Notes under the pieces: generated by a model
Seen by the model: only the letters and a program-made list of their open reading frames with translations
What the model was told of the DNA's origin: nothing
The model's database searches: none
Part shown: positions 1 to 9,090 of the stretch, piece by piece
Layout: each line of letters begins with the position of its first letter
Numbering within the stretch: the stretch's first letter is position 1
Translations under genes and position numbers: made by a program
DNA from: Patescibacteria group bacterium
GTDB taxonomy: Bacteria > Patescibacteriota > Microgenomatia > UBA8517
Direction: 5' to 3'
Assembly: GCA_041480845.1 (NCBI GenBank)
Contig: JBGPAU010000002.1
Location: 1-57,953, forward strand
Length of the DNA: 57,953 nt

Positions 1-679
1 AACCCAGTCTTATAACACCCGACCAATCAATACCTTTAAGATGATTTAATTCAGGGTGGTCAAGATTCTTTTTTTCGACTTTATAAGCCTGTTTCCCAGC
101 AATAACTAATGTAATGTTTGCAATTTTACAGGCCTTAATAAGATTCGGGATGTTTTTATTGTAGTTTACATCCCCTACATACAAAGCAAACTTTTTGGGA
201 ACAGTCATTCCATCAATTTCCATTTTCCAACCTTTAATTTCAATTTTTTTGAAAATGGAACGCGGAGCCAGATAAATAACATGCACAATTTTGGGATCAA
301 CACCCAGGAATCTGCAAATATCTTTTTTGGAAGTTTCGGAAATCGTGATAATCGCATCAACATTTTTCTTAATAAGATATTTGTTTATCTGCCAGTTAAG
401 CCACCCTTTAATCCCGGAAGGATAGTGTTCAGGATAAATAAGAGGAATAAGATCATAAATCGTCAGAACAAACTTTGTACCTTTGGGCTTTGAAAAAGGA
501 AGAGAAATATTAAAGGGCTTAAATGAGGTAAGGTGAACCACGTCATATTGATTAAGATCGGTCTTCGAAATATCAACCCCGGGGGTTTTCAAAGCCTTAA
601 GAAGCTCTCTTGTGTATACCCCGATCCCCCTCAAAGCATGCCCGGAGGTTAAGGGTCCTGAATCAATCGCAACCTTCAT
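1..679 (-). CDS. Glycosyltransferase family 4 (GT-B fold), 5' portion; the 3' end lies beyond the window start
   Basis: Absent from the ORF track because it has no in-window stop. Reverse complement from the ATG at 679 reads MKVAIDSGPLTSGHALRGIGVYTRELLKALK..., a typical GT4 N-terminus. The frame stays open to position 1. Confidence 0.7.
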   Translation of the reverse strand, partial: MKVAIDSGPLTSGHALRGIGVYTRELLKALKTPGVDISKTDLNQYDVVHLTSFKPFNISLPFSKPKGTKFVLTIYDLIPLIYPEHYPSGIKGWLNWQINKYLIKKNVDAIITISETSKKDICRFLGVDPKIVHVIYLAPRSIFKKIEIKGWKMEIDGMTVPKKFALYVGDVNYNKNIPNLIKACKIANITLVIAGKQAYKVEKKNLDHPELNHLKGIDWSGVIRLG

Positions 680-694
680 GAGTATATTTTACGC

Positions 695-1543
695 TTAAAT
701 TTGCTTAGAAGAAATATATTTAAAATAGGCAATTGGAAAGTGCATGGCCGAAAAGAAACTCCAAAGGAAGCCGTTTCCTCCGTCCAAAAGTCCCAGATAA
801 CGGAAGTATAAGTTACAGAAAGTATACAGGGGCTTAAAAACAGCATATAGGAGAAAATAAAAGACATTTTTAGGAACGTGTTTCTCTTTCAACTCTCGTG
901 CTTGCAAATCGGTATAACGATTTAGTCTTGTTAAATAGCGCTTGAGGGTTGGTGAGTCATGGTGCTCAAGATCATTAACGAGCCAGGCAACTTCTCCATC
1001 AAGTTCCATTTGCTCGTGCACGGATTTTTGGGGAAAGTGTGCTTTTCCTTTTTTAACTAAGCGGATTACCCCGTCAGGATAAACTCCGGCATGAATTAAG
1101 GGCCTGCCTAAAAAAATATTTCTTCTCGGAATAAAGTATCCAACTATTTCACCGGTATCTTTGCCAATCTTTCCGTCTCTTGCTTCAATTAAAGCCTGAT
1201 GACGTTGAAATAGTTTGTTGGGTTTGATGATCGATGACGGGTGATTGATGACCGAAACAATTTCGCGGGCTAGTTCAGGAGTCACAACCTCATCTGCATC
1301 AAGTTGGAGTATCCATTCCCCGGCGGCTTTTTCCAAAGCTATTTGTTTTGTGATATGAAAGATGTCGTGATGGGGCTCGGCAAATACCTTAGCTCCATAT
1401 TTTTTGGCAATCTCAACCGTTTTATCCGTGGAATATTCATCCACCACAACAATTTCACCGGCTATATCTTTTACCGATTCAAGACATCTACCAACATTTA
1501 CTTCCTCATTTCTTGTTGCAATTACTATAGATAATTTCTTCAT
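695..1543 (-). CDS. GT2 glycosyltransferase (KdtX/WaaE-like subgroup)
   Basis: 282 aa. Starts LSIVIATRNEE...VVVDEYSTDKT and contains LQLDADEV (DxD-like) and RRNIFLGRPLIHAGVYPDGVIRLVKKG. Paralogous to 23370-24095 and 24097-24993. Confidence 0.85.
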   Translation of the reverse strand: MKKLSIVIATRNEEVNVGRCLESVKDIAGEIVVVDEYSTDKTVEIAKKYGAKVFAEPHHDIFHITKQIALEKAAGEWILQLDADEVVTPELAREIVSVINHPSSIIKPNKLFQRHQALIEARDGKIGKDTGEIVGYFIPRRNIFLGRPLIHAGVYPDGVIRLVKKGKAHFPQKSVHEQMELDGEVAWLVNDLEHHDSPTLKRYLTRLNRYTDLQARELKEKHVPKNVFYFLLYAVFKPLYTFCNLYFRYLGLLDGGNGFLWSFFSAMHFPIAYFKYISSKQI

Positions 1544-3111
1544 TTTAATGGTGTGCCGACTATGTAAAACGCGTTGTTACCGTTGGGGTATTTTATCAGA
1601 TCCTTAACCTTAAACATGTTTATATACTTTAAACCCGTGTAAAAACTCGGTGTCATAATATAAAGTACTTTATCATTAGGGTAGCTTTCTATTATATCCC
1701 AGCCTCCGAATTGATAGTTATCAAACGACAAAACCGTATTATAGCTTTTCGATTCACTTTCATCGTACCGAACACTTGCAAGTAATTCGGGTAAGGGTAC
1801 TTTAAAATAAAAAAGAAAGAATATATAAGGCTGCTGCCTGATTTTATCCATGTAAACCTGAACATAACCCGGATTATCCTTCAGATATTCAACAATTTGC
1901 TTCATTCCATATTGCCATTCTATGGCCTCTTTCTTTGGATACTCCGTAAAGTAATAGTTAAGATAATGGACAGTCTCCCAACTTAAAATTATTATTAAAA
2001 TGCCGGCAACAACAAATCTAATCCAATTTTTCTTGGATAGTAAAATAAGTGTGCCGGCTCCAGATGCCGAGAAAAGTATCACGGGCGGAATCATAAAAAT
2101 TCCCCTTGTCGCACCGGGTTCTACCGTTGAAACTGCTCCCGGAATCGGTGACAGCGCCAGCCAAGAAATAAGTATAAGCAAAGCTTGCCACTTCTTTCGT
2201 AAAACTAACGCAGCAAAACCAACTAGAGAAAGTATTAAGTCGATTTTGTAAAATTCTCCGATAACTTTTACAGAACCTCTTGCGCTTTGGTCTCCGCTTT
2301 GGAATAGGTACAAATATGTAAAATAGCTTTTGTAATTATTTAGCACCATCCCCAATTCACCGCCGTATTTTTTAACTACATCTTCAGAAAATTTGGTTTG
2401 ATTTATCCTGGCAAACCCCAAAATCCGAGGTTCTTTTATTATCAAACCCGCAAACAGTAAAACTACTAAGATCGACCAAATCATAATTTTTTTATTTTCA
2501 ATCAACTTCCTAAAATGAATTAAACAGAGAAGAAAAACTACCGGAGGAACTACGACTTTTGCCGAATGATACGAGAAAAAACTTAAACCCCAAAATACAA
2601 AAGACAGCGGAATCAGCCAATTATTTTTTCTAATCCCTATAAAAAAGACTGCTAAACCGGCTAAAAAGAAAAACAACGCAAAATTTGCCTCCCATAGACC
2701 TCTTGAAAAGTGGATCGCGTACGGAGAAACCGCCAAAAATAGTCCAGATAAAAGACCAGCCAAGTCGCTTTTTAAAAGCTCTTTTGCCAGAAAATAAATC
2801 GCAAAAACCGCGAGTACTCCGACCATTGCACTACCGGAGCGGGTCGAAAAATCCGAAAGTCCAAATATTTTTATGACAGCCGCAGTCAAATAAATATGAA
2901 CAGGGTGTTTATCATCACCGAAAGACTTGAAAACCAGTGGAAATTTGTTTCCATATTCATCTGCTCCCCAATTTGCAATTGTATAGGCGTTATAACCGGC
3001 GGCAATCTCATCCCAATTAAGCGAAGGCGGAATTTTATCCAGTTTGTAAAACCTTAAAATCGCAGCCAATATCAAAATCACAACCAAAACAATGAGTTTT
3101 AATTTTTTCAT
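1540..3111 (-). CDS. GT39/PMT-like polytopic membrane glycosyltransferase (GT-C), paralog A1
   Basis: 523 aa with many hydrophobic segments. Loop-1 motif is NWDEIAAGYNAYTI...EYGNKFPLVFKSFG. Clear paralogy to 3112-4470, 4460-6121, 7653-9065 and 56429-57953. Overlaps the next gene by 4 nt. Confidence 0.8.
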   Translation of the reverse strand: MKKLKLIVLVVILILAAILRFYKLDKIPPSLNWDEIAAGYNAYTIANWGADEYGNKFPLVFKSFGDDKHPVHIYLTAAVIKIFGLSDFSTRSGSAMVGVLAVFAIYFLAKELLKSDLAGLLSGLFLAVSPYAIHFSRGLWEANFALFFFLAGLAVFFIGIRKNNWLIPLSFVFWGLSFFSYHSAKVVVPPVVFLLCLIHFRKLIENKKIMIWSILVVLLFAGLIIKEPRILGFARINQTKFSEDVVKKYGGELGMVLNNYKSYFTYLYLFQSGDQSARGSVKVIGEFYKIDLILSLVGFAALVLRKKWQALLILISWLALSPIPGAVSTVEPGATRGIFMIPPVILFSASGAGTLILLSKKNWIRFVVAGILIIILSWETVHYLNYYFTEYPKKEAIEWQYGMKQIVEYLKDNPGYVQVYMDKIRQQPYIFFLFYFKVPLPELLASVRYDESESKSYNTVLSFDNYQFGGWDIIESYPNDKVLYIMTPSFYTGLKYINMFKVKDLIKYPNGNNAFYIVGTPLK

Positions 3112-4470
3112 CTATTTGAATTGAAATCCGTTAAACGATGCAACCTTTGAAAATCCCCAATCGTTAACGGGGTTAAGCTTTACCTCTTGCCTAAATTTTT
3201 CAGGAGGATATTTAAGGTAGTAAAGAGCAAAAATATACGGCTGGGCATATTTATCGGTAACCTCTCCGCTTTTTTGTTTCGCAAAAATTTCTTTATATTG
3301 GTATTGCCAATCGGTAGCCGTCTCAGCAGAATATTTAGTCATAAAATCAACCATATAATTCTCAAAAGACAGGTAATAAGCCGCAATCACAACTAAAAGG
3401 ATAACCGCGCTAAATTTTTTTACATTTTCTCTCAAAAACCCAATACCCAAGGCAGACAACATAGCAAATGATGGAGCCGCAAGAAGTGCCCTTAACGCAT
3501 GTGGGGATTCTTTTGTCAATGCCGCGGGGATTGGGGCAATCAAGAGTGTCGCCAGAGGCAAAAAGTAAAGAATTTTTTTACTTTTGATAATCACAACCAG
3601 ACCAAGAAGGATTAAAGGTATTTCAAACAAATAAAGCTGTCCGTGTCCGGGAATTTGACTGCGCGGATTGGTGTCCCCTTTTAGGAATAAAAAGTTGGGA
3701 TCAAAATGAGAATAATAGTTTTTTATAAAACCTAATTCACTTGCGACCTCAACTTGTGCAAAACGTACCCCTCCTGCGTCATATTTATAAAGTCTATAAA
3801 CAGGAATTAAACTCAGAATAAAGAAGAGCAAAGATACGACGACCAATATCCAATTTTTCTTTAGACTAGCAAGGTCGTGAAATTTATACAAAAACAGAAG
3901 AACCAACCATATGGGGATAATTATCCGGAAAGAGTTATAGCTGTAAAAAGATAATATGAAACTTAACATTGCCATTAACAATAAATATCTGCTTTTATCC
4001 AAAAGAAGAAATAGATACGTTCCAAGTAAAAAGAAAAATAGTCCTGCAGTGGCCTCATATCCGGTTCTTGAGAATATAAAAAACCATGGCGAGAAACTGA
4101 GAATAAAACTTGCCAGAACTGCCACACTCTTCTTGTCTGTAATCTTCCTGACTAGCAGGTAAACAATAATTAGCGTCCCTAAAGAATATATAACTGCGGG
4201 AAGCCTGACAGCGTATTCATTAAGACCTATTGCCTTAACAAATACTGCCACCGAATAAATATAAACCGGGAGTTTAAACTCTCCGAAGGCGCGGAAATGT
4301 AGAGGTAACTTTACCCCCCATTCATCTTTCAGATCGGTTGCAATCGAATATGCGTTATAACCAATTGAGGCTTCATCCCAATAAGCTGACGCAGGTATTT
4401 CGGCTATTTTATAAATCCGCGAAACTAAAAAAATAATTAATACAAAGGCAAAGATTATTCTATTTCGCAT
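3112..4470 (-). CDS. GT39/PMT-like polytopic membrane glycosyltransferase (GT-C), paralog A2
   Basis: Contains YWDEASIGYNAYSI...DEWGVKLPLHFRAFG, FLFLKGDTNPRS and PIPAALTKESPHALRALL. I prefer the ATG at 4470 (MRNRIIFAFVLIIF..., matching paralog N-termini) over the track start at 4503. Confidence 0.8.
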   Translation of the reverse strand: MRNRIIFAFVLIIFLVSRIYKIAEIPASAYWDEASIGYNAYSIATDLKDEWGVKLPLHFRAFGEFKLPVYIYSVAVFVKAIGLNEYAVRLPAVIYSLGTLIIVYLLVRKITDKKSVAVLASFILSFSPWFFIFSRTGYEATAGLFFFLLGTYLFLLLDKSRYLLLMAMLSFILSFYSYNSFRIIIPIWLVLLFLYKFHDLASLKKNWILVVVSLLFFILSLIPVYRLYKYDAGGVRFAQVEVASELGFIKNYYSHFDPNFLFLKGDTNPRSQIPGHGQLYLFEIPLILLGLVVIIKSKKILYFLPLATLLIAPIPAALTKESPHALRALLAAPSFAMLSALGIGFLRENVKKFSAVILLVVIAAYYLSFENYMVDFMTKYSAETATDWQYQYKEIFAKQKSGEVTDKYAQPYIFALYYLKYPPEKFRQEVKLNPVNDWGFSKVASFNGFQFK

Positions 4471-6121
4471 TTTTTTCGACAATATCAAATGCTCTATTCC
4501 CATTCAGGAAATCAACTGTCAAAAGTCTTGGTAAACCGTCGGGAAAATCTCCGGATTTACCTATAAACAAAATTTTCTTTCCGGGATTCGCGTTAACGAT
4601 ATCTTGATAATGGGTTCCGTTATCCCCCAAGTCCGGAAAATAAAACTTGTCAAACTTTAAAACCCATATCCATTGATTAGCCTCAAAACGGTCAAGACTC
4701 GGATCTTTCTGATAACTTCCAGGGTCCCAGTTCAGGAAAAAAAGAGTAAACATATGCGGTTCCCCATAAGTTCTGCTAAAGACTATTAGGTCATAATCCG
4801 CGTAATGCCCCTTTATATATGAAACTACCTGTTTGTAGCCGTATTGCCAATCGCGAGAATAAAGCTTTGGGTAAATATTGTAGAAATTATTTATATACCC
4901 TTTAAAACTAACTGCCAGAGCTATTACCGAAATACCCGCCACGATCCAACAGAGAATTTTCTTCCGACTTAGCATTTTAAATATTTCGTAAATACCCAGT
5001 GCAGTAAATATCTGATAAGGAATTACCGCCAGGAGGGTTCTTAGAGCATTGGGAATACTATCAACTGTTGCCGATACCGGAATGAAAGCCAGGAAAAGCC
5101 AGGAGATAAGAAGCCATCTCCATTTATTTTTCTTTCTAAAAAGAAAATATAAACCGATTAATATAAACGGCGCCTGAATAGCATAAAGTTCTCCAATCTC
5201 CTGAACATGTTGTTGTTTATGTCCCGCGCCGTTAATAAAAAGGAAATCCGGCGTAAAGTGACTAAGATAATTTCCTGCAAATACATACACAAAATGAGTT
5301 ACCTTGTTATGAATTAAACGGGGCAATGGTTCGGGAAGATTGGTACTACCTCTTGCTTCGTTAATCCTTAAGGTAAAACCGAGATCGTCCGTAATACTTA
5401 CCAGTTTAAGTCTGGCTGTAGCTTCCCCGCTTATTAAGAAAGCGACAAGAGGTATCATCGATAAAGAAAAAACCAAAAGACCCAGTATAACTATCCTAGT
5501 ATTTTTAAATATATCTTTTCTGTAAATCAGCAAAAGTGTAACTAAAAATAGCGGTGTAAAAACCCGGATGGCATTGTATGTATATATCGAAATGATAAAA
5601 GGAATGGTCGAAACTAACCAATATTTTTTGTCGGTGAACCCCTTAACAAAAAACCATATACCAAGAGTCACCCAAAAAACCGAAAATGAGGACTCAAACG
5701 ATGCCCTAGTCAGTTGTATATGCCAGGGGGAAATCGCCAGAAGAAAAGAGGATAGTAGAGCTATCCACTCATTCTTAAATAACTCTTTGGCCAGGAAATA
5801 AAGCAGCAATATTGTTAACGTGCCGTAAATAACTGGTGTGATTCTTACTCCAAACTCATTAAGGCCAAAGATAGCAACTCCCGGAATCGAGGCATATATC
5901 TGCGCAGGAAGTTTATATTCGCCATAAGATTTAAAATGTACAGGCAATAGCTTCCCCCACTCATCCCTGCCGGTTTTAAGAATAGAAAAAGCGTTATAGC
6001 CAATTGAGACCTCATCCCAATTAAGTGAGGGCGGATCCTGGGTAACCTTGTAGAACCTTAAAGTAAAGGCAACACCTACAATCAAAATTACAAGAATAAT
6101 TCTAAAAAGTCGATTTCCCAT
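4460..6121 (-). CDS. GT39/PMT-like polytopic membrane glycosyltransferase (GT-C), paralog A3
   Basis: 553 aa. Contains NWDEVSIGYNAFSI...DEWGKLLPVHFKSYG, is multi-pass, and has a soluble C-terminal domain. Confidence 0.8.
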   Translation of the reverse strand: MGNRLFRIILVILIVGVAFTLRFYKVTQDPPSLNWDEVSIGYNAFSILKTGRDEWGKLLPVHFKSYGEYKLPAQIYASIPGVAIFGLNEFGVRITPVIYGTLTILLLYFLAKELFKNEWIALLSSFLLAISPWHIQLTRASFESSFSVFWVTLGIWFFVKGFTDKKYWLVSTIPFIISIYTYNAIRVFTPLFLVTLLLIYRKDIFKNTRIVILGLLVFSLSMIPLVAFLISGEATARLKLVSITDDLGFTLRINEARGSTNLPEPLPRLIHNKVTHFVYVFAGNYLSHFTPDFLFINGAGHKQQHVQEIGELYAIQAPFILIGLYFLFRKKNKWRWLLISWLFLAFIPVSATVDSIPNALRTLLAVIPYQIFTALGIYEIFKMLSRKKILCWIVAGISVIALAVSFKGYINNFYNIYPKLYSRDWQYGYKQVVSYIKGHYADYDLIVFSRTYGEPHMFTLFFLNWDPGSYQKDPSLDRFEANQWIWVLKFDKFYFPDLGDNGTHYQDIVNANPGKKILFIGKSGDFPDGLPRLLTVDFLNGNRAFDIVEKNAK

Positions 6122-6148
6122 TTCTATATGTAAAAAAAACTCCCCTAC

Positions 6149-7663
6149 CTAAAACGTTCCCGGTGTATAAATCAGGGGTAGTTTCCCCCAATTTTCAAGA
6201 ATAAAAAACATCGATCTGCGATTTAATATAGCCAAAACGACCAACATGGCAACGACTCCTACATACCACACCTTTTTAAATTTATCCGACTTTTGTGTAA
6301 GTGCCCAAAAGGCTCCCATAGCTACAAATAACAAAAACATTACCCTATATAGCATGAATGGCTGGATTTTTTGGAACACACCATAACCCCAATAGAAACT
6401 ACTGGAAACAAAAACGAAAAAGGTTAAAAGAATCGAGACGAAAGTGGGCTTAATGGCAAGATCATAGAGAAAAACTGCTATTGCAATTGCCATAAAGGGA
6501 ATAAGCGGAATGAAATACCAGGGATAATTTGCTCCCACAAGTGCAAGCGCTGAAAAAAGCCCCGCAACAACGGGGACAGTAATCGGCAGATACTCTTTTT
6601 TTCTGGGAATCACAAGTAGTGCAATAAATCCTCCTATCCACCAGCCATCCAATGGGAAATTGTAAATACTGACTCTGAAAAAAGTAACCAGCAAATTAAT
6701 CGAACCTATGAATTCTCTGCTTCCCTGTAGCAGCAGAATATCCGCAAATAACTTTGGCGAAAGATAAAAACCCCAAGCAAAATATAAAATTCCGATGAAA
6801 AAGGCCGGTACTGCGTAAATTAAAATTTGCTTAAACTTAAATTTCCAAAGGTAAAGAAGAATAATGCTGCCCAATATAAATATCCAGCCGGTAAGTTTTG
6901 TTAACGCTGTCAGTCCCCCGACGATACCTGCCAAAAGAACCAATATTCTAAATAATTTGTCTGCTTTCTTACTTACCAACCTGTTCCTAGCCAGAATAAA
7001 AAGAATTATCCCGGAAAGAACCAGCGGTGAGACCACATTTTCCAAAAGTGCGTACCTGCTCAAAAGCACATACGAAGGAACGGTAGCGTAGACGGTTGAA
7101 GCAATAATCCCTACCAGAGGTTTTTTGGTAATTAAAAATGCCAGAACAAATATAAGTATCTGAGTAACTATCGCCAAGGTAATTGCAGACTGTCTTAAAT
7201 CGTAGTTATTAACATCTGCAAAAGTTTTTGCGTTCTTTGATACTCCCAGGCTAAGAATAAAGGCACCAAAGGGCGGGTGTTCAAGAGATGGCTGCACAAG
7301 TTGTGTTTGAGATAAACCTCTCCCAAAATCGAATTCAGCGACTGCAATTGCCGGCTTTGGGAATGAATGAAAGTTTGTAAATGAAGGTTTTGCATCATTG
7401 ACCGCGATATTAAACCCGTCGACTCTTCCGCCAGCCCCAAATGCTTTTGAGTCAGTGGTGTAAGTACTAAGAATCGACCAGGCAGCGGGTATCCCTGTAC
7501 TTCGAAGGCTAAGGCCATTCCAAACATGGGTATGCTCATCCAAGATGATATATGGATCTGGTATTACATTATAGCCGGGAGTACGCAGACTTCTTCCCAA
7601 AATCAAAGTGAGTAAAAGAAGAACAATCCAAAAAACAGTCTTTACTAAAGATTTATTTATCAT
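6149..7663 (-). CDS. Polytopic membrane protein, probable GT-C glycosyltransferase (distinct group)
   Basis: 504 aa. An N-terminal TM is followed by a long first loop carrying ILDEHTHVWNG (acidic DE motif), then about 10 hydrophobic segments. Confidence 0.6.
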   Translation of the reverse strand: MINKSLVKTVFWIVLLLLTLILGRSLRTPGYNVIPDPYIILDEHTHVWNGLSLRSTGIPAAWSILSTYTTDSKAFGAGGRVDGFNIAVNDAKPSFTNFHSFPKPAIAVAEFDFGRGLSQTQLVQPSLEHPPFGAFILSLGVSKNAKTFADVNNYDLRQSAITLAIVTQILIFVLAFLITKKPLVGIIASTVYATVPSYVLLSRYALLENVVSPLVLSGIILFILARNRLVSKKADKLFRILVLLAGIVGGLTALTKLTGWIFILGSIILLYLWKFKFKQILIYAVPAFFIGILYFAWGFYLSPKLFADILLLQGSREFIGSINLLVTFFRVSIYNFPLDGWWIGGFIALLVIPRKKEYLPITVPVVAGLFSALALVGANYPWYFIPLIPFMAIAIAVFLYDLAIKPTFVSILLTFFVFVSSSFYWGYGVFQKIQPFMLYRVMFLLFVAMGAFWALTQKSDKFKKVWYVGVVAMLVVLAILNRRSMFFILENWGKLPLIYTPGTF

Positions 7664-9065
7664 CTATCCTCACATTTCCGTAGACCTTGGGAAATTTTCC
7701 ATATTGGCTAATAACCAAGTTGGGATCGATTTTTGCATAAACAGGATATGCATATTCAATATTGTCAATTTTGGTCGACAAAACAATTGTCTTACTTTTG
7801 CCCTGATTTGCTATTGCCAGCAGAGATACGTTTTTGGCTTCAACCGACCAAAAAGATGCGAATTTATTTGGCGCTAAAAAGTATACCCGCTGCAGTACAA
7901 AAATAAGCTGAATAAGAATTAGGGCTGTTGATAAAATAATTAATTTTCGCGGAAGATTGGACAGTGCATACGAAGTTAGAAGAATAAAAGGGGGAAGCAT
8001 CAATGCATTTCTTAACCCATGGGCATCATTAATAAACATCGTGGCAAGAGGAGTTATTAATATCCAGGCAACTATTAATGCCAAAGTTTTCTTTTCTTTT
8101 TTCCACAGGTTTAATACACCGATAAATAAAAGCGGCAACTCAACTAAATAAAGCATCCCCCATTCTCCGGGATTGTGTCGAGGATTACCGTCTCCTCTTA
8201 TATACAAAAAATTGATAGAAAGATTTTCCGTATAATTGTCCAGAAGAGTGCGAAAATATTGTAATGGTTTATTGTAAAAAACAGGTTTTAATATTGCCGG
8301 GAGGGTTGAATCGGTTCTTTCCTCGTTAACCAGCTGGATTATTTTCTGCTGCATATTATTATCAGAAAAAATGTTTATACTCAAAAACCTCTCCTCGCTA
8401 AGCCCCTTAAAAGTTTCTCTTACCGCCAAACCCCCAAAAAGTGCAAGAATAATGATAGAGCCAACAAAAAATTTATTTTTTATAATCTTTTTTATTCCTC
8501 CATACCAAAGGAGAATAAAAAATATAAAAGGCAGAGTAAGTTTAAAAGTCGGGTATGTAAAAATAGCCACCCCCCATGAAATAGCCCAAGGTATATACTT
8601 TTCGTAAACGTAGACGGTAATGCCTAAAAGTGCCAAAAATAAGGCAAAATGAGCTTCAAAGCCTCCTCTCGCAAGATATATATCCCAAAGAGAAACGGAT
8701 GCTATAAAACTTGCAACAAACCCGATTTTCTCGCTAAATAATTTCTTCCCCAGAAAATATATTAAAATTATAATTCCCAAGGAAGAAAGTAAAGATAAAC
8801 TTCTTACTCCTAACTCCGTTGGGCCAAAGAGGTAAACAAAAGGGATTGAAGCGTAAATATACCCGCCGGGCCGCCCGGCACCCATTTTAAAAGTTAAAGG
8901 AAATGCCTGACCTGTGGCATCTTTGCCGGTTTTAAGAATCGAATAGGTGTCATAAACCATGGTCAGCTCATCGCCATACATCGGCATAGCAGTAATTCTA
9001 TAAACGCGAAGCAAAAAACCCAGCATTACTATTCCAAAAAGAATCAGAATGGATTTACGGAACAT
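7653..9065 (-). CDS. GT39/PMT-like polytopic membrane glycosyltransferase (GT-C), paralog A4
   Basis: Contains YGDELTMVYDTYSI...FPLTFKMG, FLYIRGDGNPRHNPG and LRNALMLPP. The track start at 9143 would overlap the divergent gene by 53 nt. The ATG at 9065 gives MFRKSILILFGIVMLGF..., which matches the paralogs. Confidence 0.75.
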   Translation of the reverse strand: MFRKSILILFGIVMLGFLLRVYRITAMPMYGDELTMVYDTYSILKTGKDATGQAFPLTFKMGAGRPGGYIYASIPFVYLFGPTELGVRSLSLLSSLGIIILIYFLGKKLFSEKIGFVASFIASVSLWDIYLARGGFEAHFALFLALLGITVYVYEKYIPWAISWGVAIFTYPTFKLTLPFIFFILLWYGGIKKIIKNKFFVGSIIILALFGGLAVRETFKGLSEERFLSINIFSDNNMQQKIIQLVNEERTDSTLPAILKPVFYNKPLQYFRTLLDNYTENLSINFLYIRGDGNPRHNPGEWGMLYLVELPLLFIGVLNLWKKEKKTLALIVAWILITPLATMFINDAHGLRNALMLPPFILLTSYALSNLPRKLIILSTALILIQLIFVLQRVYFLAPNKFASFWSVEAKNVSLLAIANQGKSKTIVLSTKIDNIEYAYPVYAKIDPNLVISQYGKFPKVYGNVRIDDK

Positions 9066-9071
9066 ATAACC

Positions 9072-9079
9072 ATTATAAT
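9072..9079. promoter_or_regulatory. Palindromic ATTATAAT giving a TATAAT -10 hexamer on both strands between divergent genes
   Basis: The 25-nt gap is 9066-9090. Minus-strand TATAAT (9077-9072) is 6 nt from the ATG at 9065. Plus-strand TATAAT (9074-9079) is 11 nt from the ATG at 9091. Confidence 0.4.
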
Positions 9080-9090
9080 TCAATTTAGTT

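Noticed and set aside
7195-7539. 114-aa minus-strand ORF nested in another frame of 6149-7663
   Set aside because: It lies completely inside a 504-aa membrane-protein ORF that has coherent TM periodicity. The nested product has no features supporting it.
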